From a virus (taxonomy: Duplodnaviria > Caudoviricetes): a stretch of DNA of 63,103 nt. The notes beneath the pieces were generated by a model, which worked only from the letters and a program-made list of their open reading frames with translations, was not told the DNA's origin and did not search any database. The stretch spans positions 1 to 63,103 of the IMG/VR virus record IMGVR_UViG_3300048833_000065; one strand, 5' to 3'. Position 1 is the stretch's first letter. Each line of letters opens with the position of its first letter. Positions 62,482-63,103 of this stretch are shown one piece after another. Made by a program: the position numbers and the translations under genes.

Positions 62482-63058
62482 ATTCAAGTGCGAGGTGCCA
62501 GACGGGAAGGCGGGCCAGTGGGCCGTCGAGACGTTTGAAGTCAGCGAACGCGCAGCGCAGACAGAGAACCTTCGGCACGCCCTGCAAGGCGCGTCGTGGG
62601 CCAGCATCCGCCCCGGAACCTACAAGCGGCTTCGTGCGCCAAGCGGCGAGGTGATGATGAGCAATACGCCGATGGAGCTTCGGACGAACTTGTGGATCAT
62701 CGGCAAGGCAAAGGGCCGCATCCTCATCAATGGCCTCGGCCTCGGCTGCGTCCTGACCGCGATCCTCAAGAAGAAGGACGTGACGGAGGTCTGGATCGTT
62801 GAGAAGGAGCAGGACGTGATCGATCTCGTCTGGCCGACCTTCGCCAGCGATCCGCGCTGCAAGCTGATCCACGCAGACGCGCTGGAGTATAAGCCTCCGA
62901 AAGGCGTTCGCTTCGACGTGGTCTGGCACGATATCTGGCTCACCATCTGCGAGGACAATCTTGAGCAGATGAAGACGCTTCACCGCCGCTATGGTCGCAT
63001 CAGCGACATGCAGGCTTCGTGGTGCCGGGATATCATCGAAGAAAGAAGGCGGGCCTAG
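62474..63058 (+). CDS. Class I SAM-dependent methyltransferase, spermidine-synthase-like
   Basis: LINGLGLG, VEKEQDVI, HADA, FDVVWHDIW. Confidence 0.75.
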   Translation: MDEFKCEVPDGKAGQWAVETFEVSERAAQTENLRHALQGASWASIRPGTYKRLRAPSGEVMMSNTPMELRTNLWIIGKAKGRILINGLGLGCVLTAILKKKDVTEVWIVEKEQDVIDLVWPTFASDPRCKLIHADALEYKPPKGVRFDVVWHDIWLTICEDNLEQMKTLHRRYGRISDMQASWCRDIIEERRRA

Positions 63059-63103
63059 CGCCCGCCTATTCGATCTCCATCAATCTCACGCCAGCGGCGC
63101 GGG
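62977..63103. repeat. Terminal direct repeat copy 2
   Basis: Identical to 1-127; contains the end of ORF 62474..63058. Confidence 0.95.

Larger units (their letters stand above)
1..63103. mobile_element. Complete temperate phage genome (lambda-like head, contractile tail)
   Basis: Circular contig with packaging, head, tail, lysis, integrase, repressor and replication genes; no host housekeeping genes seen. Confidence 0.93.

Noticed and set aside
62977-63103. Biological direct terminal repeat
   Set aside because: It is exactly 127 nt, cuts through a gene and matches an assembler k-mer; the terminase type and cos-like site point to cohesive ends elsewhere

Overview
The window is an apparently complete, circularly assembled ~63 kb temperate phage genome; a 127-nt end overlap gives a unit length of 62,976 bp. 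It is GC-rich and the host is probably an alphaproteobacterium (inferred from GapR-like and DnaA-C-like genes and promoter style). It combines a lambda-like head and packaging module (gpA-type terminase, portal, S49 protease, decoration protein, gpE capsid, a lambda-like cos site near 57419-57460) with a P2-like contractile tail that includes a T6G -1 frameshift. Other modules: a cI/cro switch, a primase-helicase replication arm, RecT, a large serine integrase whose 3' end carries a tRNA-like attP, an amidoligase/GGCT cassette, a GH19 lysis cassette, two free-standing homing endonucleases and four methyltransferases. Notable signals read from the DNA: (1) ACCACGGAG in front of about 12 non-structural genes, with its complement in an intergenic hairpin loop (possible antisense regulon); (2) TCGGA-N4-TCCGA operators at four promoter regions; (3) a promoter/terminator-bounded candidate sRNA after cI; (4) a two-frame EcoHK31I-like cytosine methyltransferase; (5) a GHKL/MORC-like ATPase coupled to a ParB-MT-A70 fusion. 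All family calls come from motif recognition by eye, not database searches.
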